The position numbers were made by a program, and so were the translations under genes. A stretch of 64,000 nt of DNA from Eledone cirrhosa. Its lineage: Eukaryota. The notes under the pieces are model-generated. The model was given only the letters and a program-made list of their open reading frames with translations. It was not told the DNA's origin and searched no databases. Shown in pieces: positions 13,636 through 26,596 of the stretch (its first letter is position 1; each line of letters starts with the position of its first letter). Where the stretch lies: positions 40,982,001 through 41,046,000 of the forward strand of contig OZ024749.1 in NCBI GenBank assembly GCA_964016885.1. Reading direction: 5' to 3'.

Positions 13636-14389
13636 ACAAAAAAAACAAACGAACAAAATCCAAGCAGTGCCCCAGGATGGCTTCAGTCCAATAACTGAAA
13701 CCATTAAAGGAGTAGAAGAATATAGATTGTACATTCCATTATATAGAAATGAGAATGGAAAGCTAAAGTTATGAGTATATAAACTATTGTATTCTTAATA
13801 AAGTCTTGGAAGAGCAGGAGTATATGAAGAGAGAGAGAAAGAAAGGTTGTGTGTATGTGCATGGTGTTTGTGTGTGTGTGTCTGTGTGTGCCTGTATGTG
13901 TTTGTCTGTGTGTTTGCGTGTGCCTGTGTGTGCATGTGTGTGTGTCTGAATGTGTGCATGTCTGTGTGTGTGTGCCTGAGTGTGTGTTTGTGTGCTTGAG
14001 TGTGTGTCTGTGTGTATGTGTGTGTGTGTGTGAGTGAGGTTGTTGCTGTTAAATAGTTAAATATTGATCCATTCAATGAGATGCTGGTATTATCTTCCAA
14101 TGTTTCAGAAGGTACTTGACGAAATGACGACATTTAGTGAAGATTTGTGACCTGACATTTAAATAGTTTGCAGATATATTAAGGTTTTGTAGTATGAAAC
14201 TCTCCACAGTTCTGCATAATCCCAATATTTCCTCTCTAAGCTGTGCATGTGTATCTATGATTATGCAGTCACTGTATTGATGTCACGTACATCAAAATCT
14301 TGCTGCTCAGTAGCTTTGAATTTAAGCTATTTTTTCTCCAAGCATCAAAAATTTTGCTTCAATGGTTGAAAAAAATTATAAGGAATGTT

Positions 14390-14690
14390 GCATAACCCAT
14401 AACTTTTTATTCCATTTCTGTACAGTCTGCATCTCTCAAGAATGTTTAAATGTGTATTGAAATCAGTAAAATGTTCTTTCAAATTCCAGACATAATTGAA
14501 TAGTTTTGCTGTAACACTCTTTCCTTTATATTTGATGGAGGTTGTATGGTTGAAGTATGAAGTATTTCTGCTTAAACTCACCTTCATTCGGAGATGGTTT
14601 ATAACAGCAATAATACCTACTTTGCGGGCCATCTCCGAATCAAATATTTCCGTTGCTTATATTTTCTCTGTTTGTGTGTCGTAATTGGTT
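14390..14690 (-). mobile_element. Penelope-like element GIY-YIG endonuclease fragment (frameshifted)
   Basis: EGEFKQKY / YFNHTTSIKYKGKSVTAKLFNYVWNLKEHFTDFNTHLNILERCRLYRNGIKSYGLCN follows the PLE pattern FKxRYxNHxxSF...STxLSxYIWxLK...WxILxxCxPY..CxLC. Confidence 0.75.
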
Positions 14691-14707
14691 AACTAATTAT
14701 GCAATAT

Positions 14708-14765
14708 GCACCTGATGATGCTGCCAGGATCTTATGCAACCTAGCCATTGAAATATATATAGTGT
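14708..14765 (+). ncRNA. Type I hammerhead motif (family D) abutting the PLE fragment
   Basis: gcac-CTGATGA-(imperfect stem II)-GAAA-TATATA-TA-gtgt; palindromic stem III. Confidence 0.7.
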
Positions 14766-15077
14766 TTTTGCAACAATAAAACTTTAAGAGAACTTCATCA
14801 ATCCAGCCCAGCCTCCTGTTATTTTAATCAAACTAATTATATATATATATATATGTATTTACATAATAAACAACACAATTAAATAGCTCTTTTCTATATG
14901 GAAATACACACAGACACACACAGACACACACACATATATATATATAGAGAGAGAAAGAGAGAGAAAGAGAGAGAAAGAGAGAGAAAGAGTGTGTTTGTGG
15001 TTCAGTGAATTATTGGTGGTACCAATATGGGCATTCGATGCACAGGCAGAGTGTATATAGTAAGAAAAATGATATGA

Positions 15078-15374
15078 AGTATCAGTTACATATATTTATA
15101 TTTTTATTGTGTATCAACCTGTTATGCACATTTTACAGAGTATTGGCTCAAGGTCACCCTTTGAAGTTATTGACCTGACTCCAGTATAGACCTACTCATC
15201 TGACTGGTGGTTCAACAAAAAGACTTTATTTTTTGTTCATTCACCAGTCTGATGAGCAGGTCAATACTGGAGTCAGGTCAATAACTTCCATGGTGACCTT
15301 GAGCGAGCCAATCCTCTGCAAAATGCATGTAACAGGTTGATACACAATAAAAACATTAATACATGTAACTGAAA
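15078..15374. mobile_element. Fold-back/MITE-like element with about 140-bp imperfect inverted arms
   Basis: CAGTTACAT...TTATTGACCTGACTCCAGTAT mirrored by ATACTGGAGTCAGGTCAATAA...ATGTAACTG; centre near 15225. Confidence 0.75.
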
Positions 15375-15482
15375 CTATGTATATATATATATCCCCCACC
15401 AACACCCCACTCTCCAGAGCGTGAAATTAATAAACATTCGTTGTACTGCCTCTCTGTTTTGTCCCTGTTCAAATTTTTCCAT

Positions 15483-15509
<27 letters not shown>

Positions 15510-15513
<4 letters not shown>

Positions 15514-15703
15514 TTAATATAGATGAGATTCTACAGGACTAGAACTGTTTCATTCTTTAGAAATCATCAGGAATCTCTGATGATTTCTAAAGAATGAAAC
15601 AGTTCTAGTCCTGTAGAATCTCATCTATATTAAAACTTTTATACTCTGCAATGTATTGAGTACCTTACTTACTGTGGTTACCTCCGTCTCAACCCGGAAT
15701 AAC
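15510..15703 (+). mobile_element. Young family A element: perfect 61-bp-arm palindrome containing a hammerhead-like core, plus unique tail, inside (TA)n
   Basis: Arms 15510-15570 and 15577-15637, spacer GAATCT; core CTGATGA-tttctaaagaat-GAAAC-agttcta-GTC. Confidence 0.8.
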
Positions 15704-15779
<76 letters not shown>

Positions 15780-16266
15780 TTTGATTACACTATTAATGCT
15801 TTGTTTGGTGGAAGTGACTTTTTGGTGGAAGCATCATTTATAATTGCTTCAGCAATGCCTGACCGTATATATAGGGATCTGAAATGGAGAGAACCCTCAG
15901 TTCTATACCGAATCTGTACTTAAATATGTATTGAGTACTACCCTGATCTATGGTCTTTCTGATCTCCAAACCACAACCACTTTATATATATATATGACGA
16001 AGGACTGTGACAAATGGAAAGATGCTGTGCTGAAGAGGACCCGTCCCGCCTTACAAGCAGGGAAAAACAGACGTAAAATGATGATGATAATGATATATAT
16101 TGAGAGAAAGAGAGTGAGAGAGAGAGAGAGAGAGAGAGATAAAGTTGTATTAGTTGGGCACTGAATGAGTAAAAGAAAGAAATATTTGATTTTGTGGACT
16201 AATCTTACTTCAATGGAATGAAAAACAGTGAGATGGCGGGAAGAGGGGAACAAATCTACTTTTGAT

Positions 16267-16313
<47 letters not shown>

Positions 16314-16365
16314 TATACACATACACACACACATATATATGTTTATGGACATATATAATATCTGC

Positions 16366-16403
<38 letters not shown>

Positions 16404-16761
16404 TCACATACACACATATATATGTGTATATATATGAACGCACACTCACACACACACACACACATATATATACATATATATATATATATATATTCTATCA
16501 TGCAGTCCAATTATTTTGTCTAATCATCCATACCAACATCTCTACAACTATCTAACTATCAGCTCTCTGCTCTCCTTCTCTCAGACCAATAATAACACTT
16601 GAATTCTTTATCTTTTGAACTGCTTCTTCCTCTCCTCCTCACTTCCTCTTCACTTCTCTATCTCATATCCTCTTCTCTTCTGTGTCTAGTCCCCCCCCCC
16701 CTCTCTCTGTCTCTCTCTCATATCCTCACTCTTATTCTACCTCTTCTTCTCTTTAGTGTCT

Positions 16762-16825
<64 letters not shown>

Positions 16826-17294
16826 CCTCACTGTTATTCTCCCTCTTCTTCTCTTCTGTGTCTAGTCTCTCTCTCTCTCTCTCTCTCTCATATCCTCACT
16901 GTCGTTCTCCCTCCTCTTCACTTCTCTATATCTGTTCTCTCTCTCTCACTCTCTCTCTCCCTCTCTGTTGTTCTCCCTCCTCTTCACTTCTCTATATCTG
17001 TTCTCTCTCTCTCACTCTCTCTCTCTCTCTGTTGTTCTCCCTCCTCTTCACTTCTCTATATCTGTTCTCTTTCTTTCTCTCTCTCTCTCCCTCTCTCTCT
17101 CTCATCCTCACTGTCATTCCTTCCTCCTCTCCTTTTAGCTTCATTTTCCTTTCCTTTTCCTTTAGAAATTTTTTTATTCCCTGCTTCTCCAATCCCAACA
17201 TATCTAAAGGGAGACACAGTCTTATCTGAAATTCTTGGAAATTAGGAAAAACAGTTTTTTTTCTTCTTCTATCATTGGTCTTTATCATGACATA

Positions 17295-17940
17295 TTGTTA
17301 CTGTTGTTGTTGGTGTTGTTGGTGTTGTTGGTGTTGTTGTCGTTGGTGTTGTTGGTGTTGTTGTTATCGTTGGTGTTGATGTTGTTGGTGTTGTTGTTGT
17401 TGGTATTGTTGGTGTTGTTGTCGTTGGTGTTGTTGGTGTTGTTGTTATCGTTGGTGTTGATGTTGTTGTTGTTGTTGTTGTTGGTATTGGTGTTGTTGGT
17501 GTTGTTGTTGGTGGTGTTGTTGTTGATGTTGTTGTTATCGTTGGTGTTGGTGTTGTTGTTTTTGTTGTCCAGTGTTTACATCGTCATCATCACCAACAAC
17601 ATCATTATCATTATCAGTGCCACCACCACTACCATCATCCACATCACCATCACCATCTATACCACCACCACTACCACCATCACCATCACCATCTACACCA
17701 CCACCACTACCACCATCCACATCACCATCACCATCTATACCACCACCACTACCATCATCCACATCACCATCACCATCTATACCACCACCACTACCACCAT
17801 TACCATCTATACCACCACCACTACCATCATCCACATCACCATCACCATCTATACCACCACCACTACCATCATCTATACACCACTATCCACACCACCACCA
17901 CCACCACTACCCCCCCCCCCCACCATGTCATCACCATGAT
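17295..17940. repeat. (TTG)n/(TGG)n then (CCA)n-based minisatellite
   Basis: Direct inspection. Confidence 0.9.
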
Positions 17941-18187
17941 CATTAATATTATTATTACTATCAGGCTGTTCATGTAGTTACTGTGGATATTTTTGAATTC
18001 TTTCTCTGAAATGACTTTTATTTGATTCATTTATTTGTTGTTGTTGATGAGGAGATTTGAAATTACTCTGGCCTGGTTCATAAGATTAATTTGCTGACAT
18101 CATGTAAGACCTGACCAACTGAAAAAGTGTAGTATGGTTTGGTTTGATGTGGTTTGATGGGTTTATTATGCAACAAGAATATATGTA

Positions 18188-18238
<51 letters not shown>

Positions 18239-18291
18239 TAATAAACATTCGTTGTACTGCCTCTCTGTTTTGTTCCTGTTCAAATTTTTCC

Positions 18292-18369
<78 letters not shown>

Positions 18370-18372
<3 letters not shown>

Positions 18373-18856
18373 GACGTAAAATAAGAAAATTATAAAAAGC
18401 TCTACTAAGCGGACATGTGCATCGGGCAGATGGATCGGGTGCAAATTTACACCAGGCCTACGTGTGAGAAATTCGCAAGGGACTGCACCGAGAGGGATAG
18501 AGAGAAAGAGTAACTTAGTGGAAAGAGTACAAATGAACTTTTGAGGTAAGTAGCCTACACCTTACTGCTATGACACTGGAACCTTCTGCCAACTTAACCT
18601 GTGACTTTCTCTTTCACATTTACTCCAAAAGGGCAAAACAGAGGAGTATGAAAAGAAGGGGCTCAACAATATTTCTATGAACAATGCACGTAGACAGCTA
18701 AACTGTACTTTCAACTTCTTAATTTTCTCCAAATAAAACAAGTTTCCTGTCGGTATATTTTTGTGAGTTTTTAACAGGCACTCACAAATAAACGTTTCTC
18801 ATTGGAGGTGCTATTACCAATGTTCTTACTCGTGCAATGCCGGGATACACTGCTAG
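18370..18856 (+). mobile_element. Possible non-autonomous Helitron
   Basis: Ends CTCGTGCAATGCCGGG-ATACACTG-CTAG (subterminal GC-rich imperfect hairpin then CTAG); 5' boundary uncertain. Confidence 0.45.
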
Positions 18857-19118
18857 CATACTATATAGCCAATATTTATTAGACTAGGATAGATGAAAAT
18901 AAACCTGTAATATGTGAAGTGGTTATATTTCTATGTCCAGTGAAAACGGGTTATAATTGCCTAGAGATGTCGTAAAAATTGAATTACTTGAATAATTGGT
19001 ATAATAACAGACATATAGACATTCTCTTTCGTTTGTTATATTGTAAAATTGCAGACATAAAATAATAGAAAGAGTTACATGTGAAATAAATAGTGTATTT
19101 GCTTCCATGCTTGTCTCT

Positions 19119-19120
<2 letters not shown>

Positions 19121-19159
<39 letters not shown>

Positions 19160-19180
19160 TATACATACACACACACACAC

Positions 19181-19211
<31 letters not shown>

Positions 19212-19259
19212 CACATACAAACACACATACAAACATACATATACACATACATATATATA

Positions 19260-19301
<42 letters not shown>

Positions 19302-19319
19302 CATATATATATATATATT

Positions 19320-19359
<40 letters not shown>

Positions 19360-19399
19360 CATATATATATATATATTTATATACATATATATATATATT

Positions 19400-19439
<40 letters not shown>

Positions 19440-19615
19440 CACATATATACATATATATATATACATGTATATACATACATATTTATACATATATGTACAT
19501 ACATATATATATACATATATATATACATACATATATATATACATATATATACACATATACAGTATATACATATATACATATATATATACATATATATATA
19601 CATATATATATATAC

Positions 19616-19670
<55 letters not shown>
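19121..19670. repeat. (TA)n/(CA)n microsatellite block
   Basis: Direct inspection. Confidence 0.95.
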
Positions 19671-19675
<5 letters not shown>

Positions 19676-19719
19676 CAATATTTCAATGTAAAGTTATGTT
19701 GGTACCACAACATCCAGTC

Positions 19720-19962
19720 CGAAACAAATGAGGTCGTGTAGGTGTCACGACAAAAAAACACACAGTCCACGCTGTAATGTGGCCGTGTAGGTAACACGGT
19801 AAAAACCTCCCAGTACACACTGTAAATGTGGTTGGTGTTAGGAAGGGCATCCAGCCGTAGAAAACCCACCAGACAGTCCTATACGAGCAAGACAACCACT
19901 CTTGCCTCAAGTGGGAAAACTCCCATCCAAACCCATGCAAGCGTGGGAGATGGACGTTAAAC

Positions 19963-19998
<36 letters not shown>
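19720..19998 (+). mobile_element. SINE 3' portion with RTE-like tail and (ATG)n end
   Basis: GTTAGGAAGGGCATCCAGC...CCCATGCAAGCGTGG...GGACGTTAAACGATGATG; related copies at 35050-35320, 58646-58806 and 49080-49225 (-). Confidence 0.75.
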
Positions 19999-19999
<1 letters not shown>

Positions 20000-20032
20000 A
20001 ACAAATGGAAACTATATTTATAAAACCATATT

Positions 20033-20097
20033 TATTTCATTATACATATTTCAAGGACACCAAGTTAAATTATGGTGTGCTTTCATCAGATAAAATA
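20033..20097 (-). ncRNA. Type I hammerhead ribozyme (family F)
   Basis: Minus strand TATTTTAT-CTGATGA-AAGCACACCA-loop-TGGTGTCCTT-GAAA-TATGTA-TA-ATGAAATA; 8-bp stem I, 10-position stem II with one C-C mismatch. Confidence 0.85.
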
Positions 20098-20471
20098 TAA
20101 TATAGAGCAGTTTTATAAATAAATATTGACATACCCTTAAAGAATGCAACCATTACTGTTGGAAGCTCCCGGATAGTGTATATATATATATATATTATAT
20201 ATAGAGAGAGAGAGAGAGATGTATATGAAGGTGTATAAACACACAAGAGTCACTGTATGAATATTTTAAGCTGTGATCGTATCACAACTATCTCAGCAAC
20301 TATGTGAGGACATCAAACATGATAAAACCCCATATGATTATATAATATATGAAAATGGATGCTAAACGATGATATATGTATATATGACTCTTCCTACTTC
20401 ATCAAGCGTAAAAATAATATATTTCTTCACTGTTCTGTGTTGTTTGCTTTGTTATTTCTGTTTGCATGCAT

Positions 20472-20545
<74 letters not shown>

Positions 20546-20650
20546 GTATATATATATATATATATAGCTAGATAGCTAGATAGATATGTAAGAATCAGTT
20601 CTTATTTGAAGTTATTGCTTCTCTAGAGAGGATGGGGGACGAAGTCTTAC

Positions 20651-20722
20651 ACTTGCATCCATGTCTTTAGATCTTTTCATGTTCAAAGCTGGTTGCTCCA
20701 GAATGGCCTCGGAGCGTGATGT
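20651..20722 (-). other. Candidate 72-nt exon of an unidentified transcript
   Basis: Acceptor TTCTTTGGTTTGTTTCAG, donor GTAAGA, non-repetitive; phase-0 frame open (TSRSEAILEQPALNMKRSKDMDAS); no recognised homology. Confidence 0.3.
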
Positions 20723-21833
20723 CTGAAACAAACCAAAGAACTAAAACAAAAGATCACAGGAATTAACTTATCCATGGTAACTAAATTAGTTTTACATATT
20801 CCAGAAAATAATGTTGGGGAATTGTTCTATCAATATTTATTGGATTCATTACGAACATAAGACTTCCAATGACATTTACTGATCACTGTAATTAGAAATA
20901 TATGAATTTGCAGACCTGGTCTAACTAATGCCTGGGTTTTAGATGATTTACAGAGTTTTGTTTGTAATTATTGTTTCCCTGCCACCACTATCACTACTAT
21001 CACCTCTACCACTACCAACCACTATCAGCTCACCACTACCACTGCACCATCCTTACCTCCACCACCACCACCACCACCACCACCACCACCACCACCACCA
21101 CCACCATCATCACCACTGCCATTACGACCACTACCAACCACTACCACCTCACCACTACCCCCCCCCACCCTACCACACCACTCAACCACTATCACCGGCC
21201 ATCACTACCACTTCACCATTACCATCTTCATCAATCCACCTTCATCAATCCACCTTCATCAATCCACCCTCATCAATCCACCCTCATCAATCCACTCCCA
21301 CTACCACCTCACCACTACTCCCATACCACCCTCATCACTCCACCACCCCCTCCCATGCTACCACTACCACCCTACCCTCAACAATCCACCCTCATCACCA
21401 CCACCACACCAATCACTGCCTCTCTACTACCACCCTCACCAACACTACCACCTTACCCTCAACAATCCACCCTCACCATCACCATCATCACCACCACCAC
21501 ACCACTACCATCCCACTATCAGTTCTGTGTCCTTGACCTTGTGTCCACTCTGACCTCTAAGCACCCCCCACTCCCTCCACTCTCGCTTTTGGTGATATTC
21601 CTCACAAGACTCTCCTGTCTGTATCTCACCTGTGTAGGTGTATGTGTGTATGTGTAGGTGTATGTGTGTATGTGTAGGTGTAGGTGTGTGTGTGTCTGTG
21701 TGTAAGTATGTGTGTGTAAGTATGTGTTTGTATGGGGTGTGTGTACATTGCTTGATGTGTATGTGGGATTCTACTTCTGTCTGTCTTGGTGGTGTTAAGG
21801 ACTGGTTGAAAGGAGGCTGTGATTGATAGATAG

Positions 21834-22534
21834 ATATGTTTCTTTATTAGCCACAGGGGCACAAAAGAAGGGGACAAATACAAAGGGGGAAGTTTACATA
21901 CAATAAAAACGTGTAAAATATTATCACAAATGGATAAATGGGGATTTTACATACAGTTGTGTAAAAAATATAAAAACAAACAATTACAACAATCGAAATC
22001 CCCAATAGGGAGGAAGCGCCACAAATGGGTTGTTTGATACCCCGTCGATAGAACAACCCTCAACACCAGGAGCGTATTGTGCAAGTGCTCCTTTCTTCCT
22101 TTTGCTCTCTTCCTCAACCTACAGGCTTATAAACAGAGAAGCCCCAATCACTCGGGCCATTTTCGCTTCATTCACCCACCTTTCAGTAAATTTACTGGGG
22201 TGCAGTGCCTCTCTCTCCACCCTGATTCTCCTTCTAAAGTGATACTTAAAGAAGGGAATCAATTGTTGTCCGGAGAGAAAGGCATCTGTCCTCAGTCCTC
22301 TCAACCTCGTCCACCATATAACTTCTTTCACCATAGCCACTGTACAGAGGAAAACCGCCTCTCTTTCGTTTTTGAAAGAGGCTGGCGGTTTGATCCTTAC
22401 TATGGATTCGGCAGTCAACTGGATTTGTCCCATACGCGACAGCAGTTGTTCTGCATAGTTCCACAGGTCGGTTACGCCCGGGCAGTGTACAATTGCGTGC
22501 AGGACTGTTTCAATGTCCTGCGCGCATCTATGTA
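21834..22534 (-). mobile_element. L1/Tx1-clade LINE 3' fragment with partial CCHC zinc knuckle
   Basis: Minus translation RCAQDIETVLHAIVHCPGVTDLWNYAEQLLSRMGQIQL...KEVIWWTRLRGL...; flanked by GATA repeats. Confidence 0.85.
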
Positions 22535-22990
22535 GATAGATAGATATGTTTCTTTATTATAGATAGACAGACAGGTAGATAGGCATATACATAGACAGAT
22601 AGACATACACATAGATAGCTAGTTGGATGGATGGATCAATAGATAGATAGACAGGTAGATAGGCATATACATAGACAGATAGACATACACATAGATAGCT
22701 AGTTGGATGGATGGATCAATAGATAGATAGACATACAGACAGTTAGATAGATAGATATGTAGCCAGATGGATTTACACACAGATAAATTGATAGATAGAA
22801 ATATATAGACAGACAGTTATAGATAGACAGATATATATATAGATATATAGATAGACAGATGGATGTGTATTTTCTATGTCTGTCGCCCACTTTTTACCAT
22901 CTTTTTGTCTCTATCTGACCCCCTTATCTCCCTCCTCTCTGTCTCTCACCATCTCTCTCTCTCTCTCCTTCCATCTCTTTCTTTCTCCAT

Positions 22991-23051
<61 letters not shown>

Positions 23052-23161
23052 GTATCAGAAAGGGCCACAAGAGACAAAGATATATATATATATCTGTATA
23101 TATCTCTTTCTTTCACTTCTAAAAATATTTCTCTCTGCATCTACCTCTCTTTCTGTCTCTC

Positions 23162-23231
<70 letters not shown>

Positions 23232-23711
23232 ATACAGAGAGAGACAGAAAGAGAGAGAACGGAAGAAAGGCAGAAAGACATACTGAGAGAGTGAGTGAGA
23301 GAGAAAGAGAGAGAATGGAGAGAGAGAGATTGATATTGATTCCTTAAGACTACACTGTTGTAACATATATACCATTGATATCAATACTGTATGTGCCTCA
23401 ATGGTTATATTTTATCAAGAATGGTGATATTGTTTATATCTCACTTCTCACTAGTATATCACACAAACTGCTATCATTTCTTTCTTTCATTCTTTTATTT
23501 ATTTATAGATTTACACTCTTTCACTCTTGTTCCAACCAGTTGGTCATGGCCATGCTTGAGCATTTCTCTCCCATAAGGGGTTTGTTGTTGCTGCGATTAG
23601 TGTTTTATGTTAGGTATTTGGTTATCAAGGGAAGTTTGATGTCAGAGCCCTAACACACATACACACACCTATATGTATATATATATATATATATATGGTA
23701 TAATATGTAGA

Positions 23712-23860
23712 TTCTCGAGTTGTGTCAGGGGTAGCCACAGTTAAAAAAAAGTACTCAACTAGGGTTTAGGTATTTTTTAATTTTATATATAAAAATGACT
23801 TTTACAGAACTAGAACTGTTCATCGTTATGAACTCATCAGGACATTCTTGACGGACGTTC
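23712..23860 (-). mobile_element. Diverged family A element
   Basis: Minus strand CTGATGAGTTC...GATGAACAGTTCTAGTTCTGTAAAAG...GTTGAGTACT...ACTGTGGCTACCCC. Confidence 0.65.
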
Positions 23861-24788
23861 TTCACTCTGGTGGTTTTAAATCCCTTATGATTGAACACAT
23901 CTTTATGTGTACTTCATCATCACTGTTTTACATCTATTTTCCATACTGGCATGCGTTAGATGGGTTGTCACACACAGAAGGCTAGACAAGCAGGTCAGAA
24001 AAGTGTGTCTCGCTTATATGTTCCATTTTGGCATGGTTTCTATGGTTGGGTGCCCTTGTTTATGCCAACCACTTTACAGAATGTACTCAGTTTGTTTACT
24101 CATGGTACCATCACAACCACTTTACAGTGTGGGCTGAGTGCATTTTACTGTGGCACCAGCTCTATTACTTTAAATATATTTGTCTCTGCTATCCACATCA
24201 CCCATATTGTGTCCAATAACTGAGGCTCCACACTAACTGTTAAGCCCAATCCTTCCATCCCAGAATGTTACTCCTCTGGAATTCTCTCCCTCCATGTTTT
24301 TCTTGTAAGAGTTGCCATACAACAATTTAAACTGAACATCAATTAGCACCAATCTCATCAGTCTTGGAGGGATTGTAAGGGTCTTGGGCAGTGCCCCTTC
24401 CTCCAGACCTAACATGTCCAAGGTGTCACACTGGGATTGAACCTGACAACACATTGTTTGTGAAGCTGGCTACTTAGTTACTCAGCCATGCCTGTGTCCA
24501 ATGTGACAAACATATACTGAAAGATTGAGAGACACACACATACACACACTTATTCCATATATGGTCAGACTGTCTCAGAATATATATGAATCATGCCAAC
24601 ATTGGTCATCATATCTTACACACACACATACTCACACACACACACATACTTACTCACTCACACACAGACACATACACACGTGTATGTATGTGTAGCTTGA
24701 AAACAGTTGTTGTAGCAGACTCCTAGTTCGTCTAAAACATTTGTTGAGGTGGTGTGGTGATGTTCATAAATATCTAAGACTACAAATT

Positions 24789-24823
<35 letters not shown>

Positions 24824-25344
24824 GGGTATGTGTGTGTGTTTGTGTACATGTGTATGCCTCTATACATATATATGCATATGCAGATGTACACACACATTCG
24901 CATATAATCTCTGAGGATGTTTCTTTAAGCAGTATGAAGAGAGAGAGAGAGAGAGAGAAGTAAAATCAATAATAAAAAAGTTTATTCTTTAAGTGAGAAG
25001 AGTAACCTAGTTGGCAGCAGTTCAATTCCTGTGTGGAATCAATACACATTAATGAGTTTCTTTCCTTCATCAATAGTATCACAACACTAATCAAAGTATG
25101 TATTAAGTAATTTGTACAAGCCAGTGAGTGAGTCTCTATTATGTTACTTCACCTGCTACGACTAGCTGCCAAATCTCTCTCAAATTACACACCTTGAAAT
25201 TAAAAAAAATATATATATTCAATTCTTTCATTACTATATTTCTAGTAAAAGACACTGCCTATGATTTTCAAATCATTTTGAAAATAATCAAGTATTTAGA
25301 AAGATTTAGTAAAATAAAAAAATTTCTCATTATTAAGCTGGTGT

Positions 25345-25550
25345 GGATGGTGGATTGTCAGTATCGGTAGAGAGTCAGACGCCATAGTTTGCAGCATAGA
25401 GTTACGGCCCTTTATGATCTGAGTTCAAATCCAACTGAGTTAACTTTGCTTTTCATCCTTACGGGGGTCAATAAAATAAAGTACCAGTCATGCACTGGGG
25501 TTACTTTAATCGACTTTCCCCTCCCTCAAAATTGCTGGCCATGTGCCTAT
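25345..25550 (+). mobile_element. Full-length S1 SINE with 16-bp target-site duplication
   Basis: ATTATTAAGCTGGTGT on both sides; B box GAGTTCAAATCC. Confidence 0.85.
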
Positions 25551-26143
25551 ATAATTATTAAGCTGGTGTTCGGAACATAGCTTAACAAAGGTTCTTACAT
25601 AAAATTATGATGGAATGTTTTTAGATAAAATATATGAACAACAACAATCTTGGTAATTAGGGGATGCAGCTTTAACCACCACATGGCCTTTTCCCCATGA
25701 GGTGGTAGGATTAGTGAACACAAAGACTGGCATATTGTATATCAACATTGAACAGACCAAAGGTAAAGTTGACATCAGCAGGATTTGAACTCAAAGCACT
25801 GAGAGTTGGAATAAATACTAAGGTATTTAATCTGATGCCCTAACGACTCTGCCAATTCACTGCCTCAGATGATACAAACATGAAACCAAATAATCTTTAG
25901 CCCAAGGACCCTAGTTGCTTTTATCTGGCCTTGCCCGTGATCACAAATGTAAGCAGGGGTGGCTGGGTAGTTGAGTGTAATCTACCTGAGTATATATAAA
26001 GTTGAATGCTTCAGGAGAGATAGAACTACTTTTTTAGAAATTAATACACTATATATAACCTCTCTTTGTGTTGTTCACTGCTCCTACCATCTCAGGGGAA
26101 AAGCCATGTGGTGGTTAAAACTTCATCCCCTAACTAAATACCA

Positions 26144-26210
<67 letters not shown>

Positions 26211-26213
<3 letters not shown>

Positions 26214-26555
26214 GAGGCACATGGCTCAGTGGTTAGAGCATTGGCCTTGCAATCGAAAGGTTGTGAGCTCAATTCTCAGACCGGGTGATGTGCTGTTTCC
26301 TTGAGCAAGACACTTTATTTCACATTGCTCCAGTTTACTCAGCTGTAGAAATGAGATGATAGGGACTGGGGTCTCTATCATTCCACTGCAAAGTGGTCGT
26401 GGAGGTGCCACGGCAAAAAAAAGCACCCAGCACTCACTGTAAATGAGGTTGGTGTTAGGAAGGGCATCCAGCTGTAGAAATCAAGCCAGAATCAGTTCCA
26501 GTCCCACCCTTGCAAGCAGGGAAAAAGCGGATGTAAAATGAAATGATGATGATGA
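26211..26555 (+). mobile_element. CORE-type SINE with RTE-like tail
   Basis: Near-identical to 3208-3540. Confidence 0.85.
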
Positions 26556-26562
26556 TATATAC

Positions 26563-26596
<34 letters not shown>

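Noticed and set aside
14040-14140. ETLEDNTSISLNG peptide resembling an RTE RT segment
   Set aside because: Too short and degraded to list with confidence.
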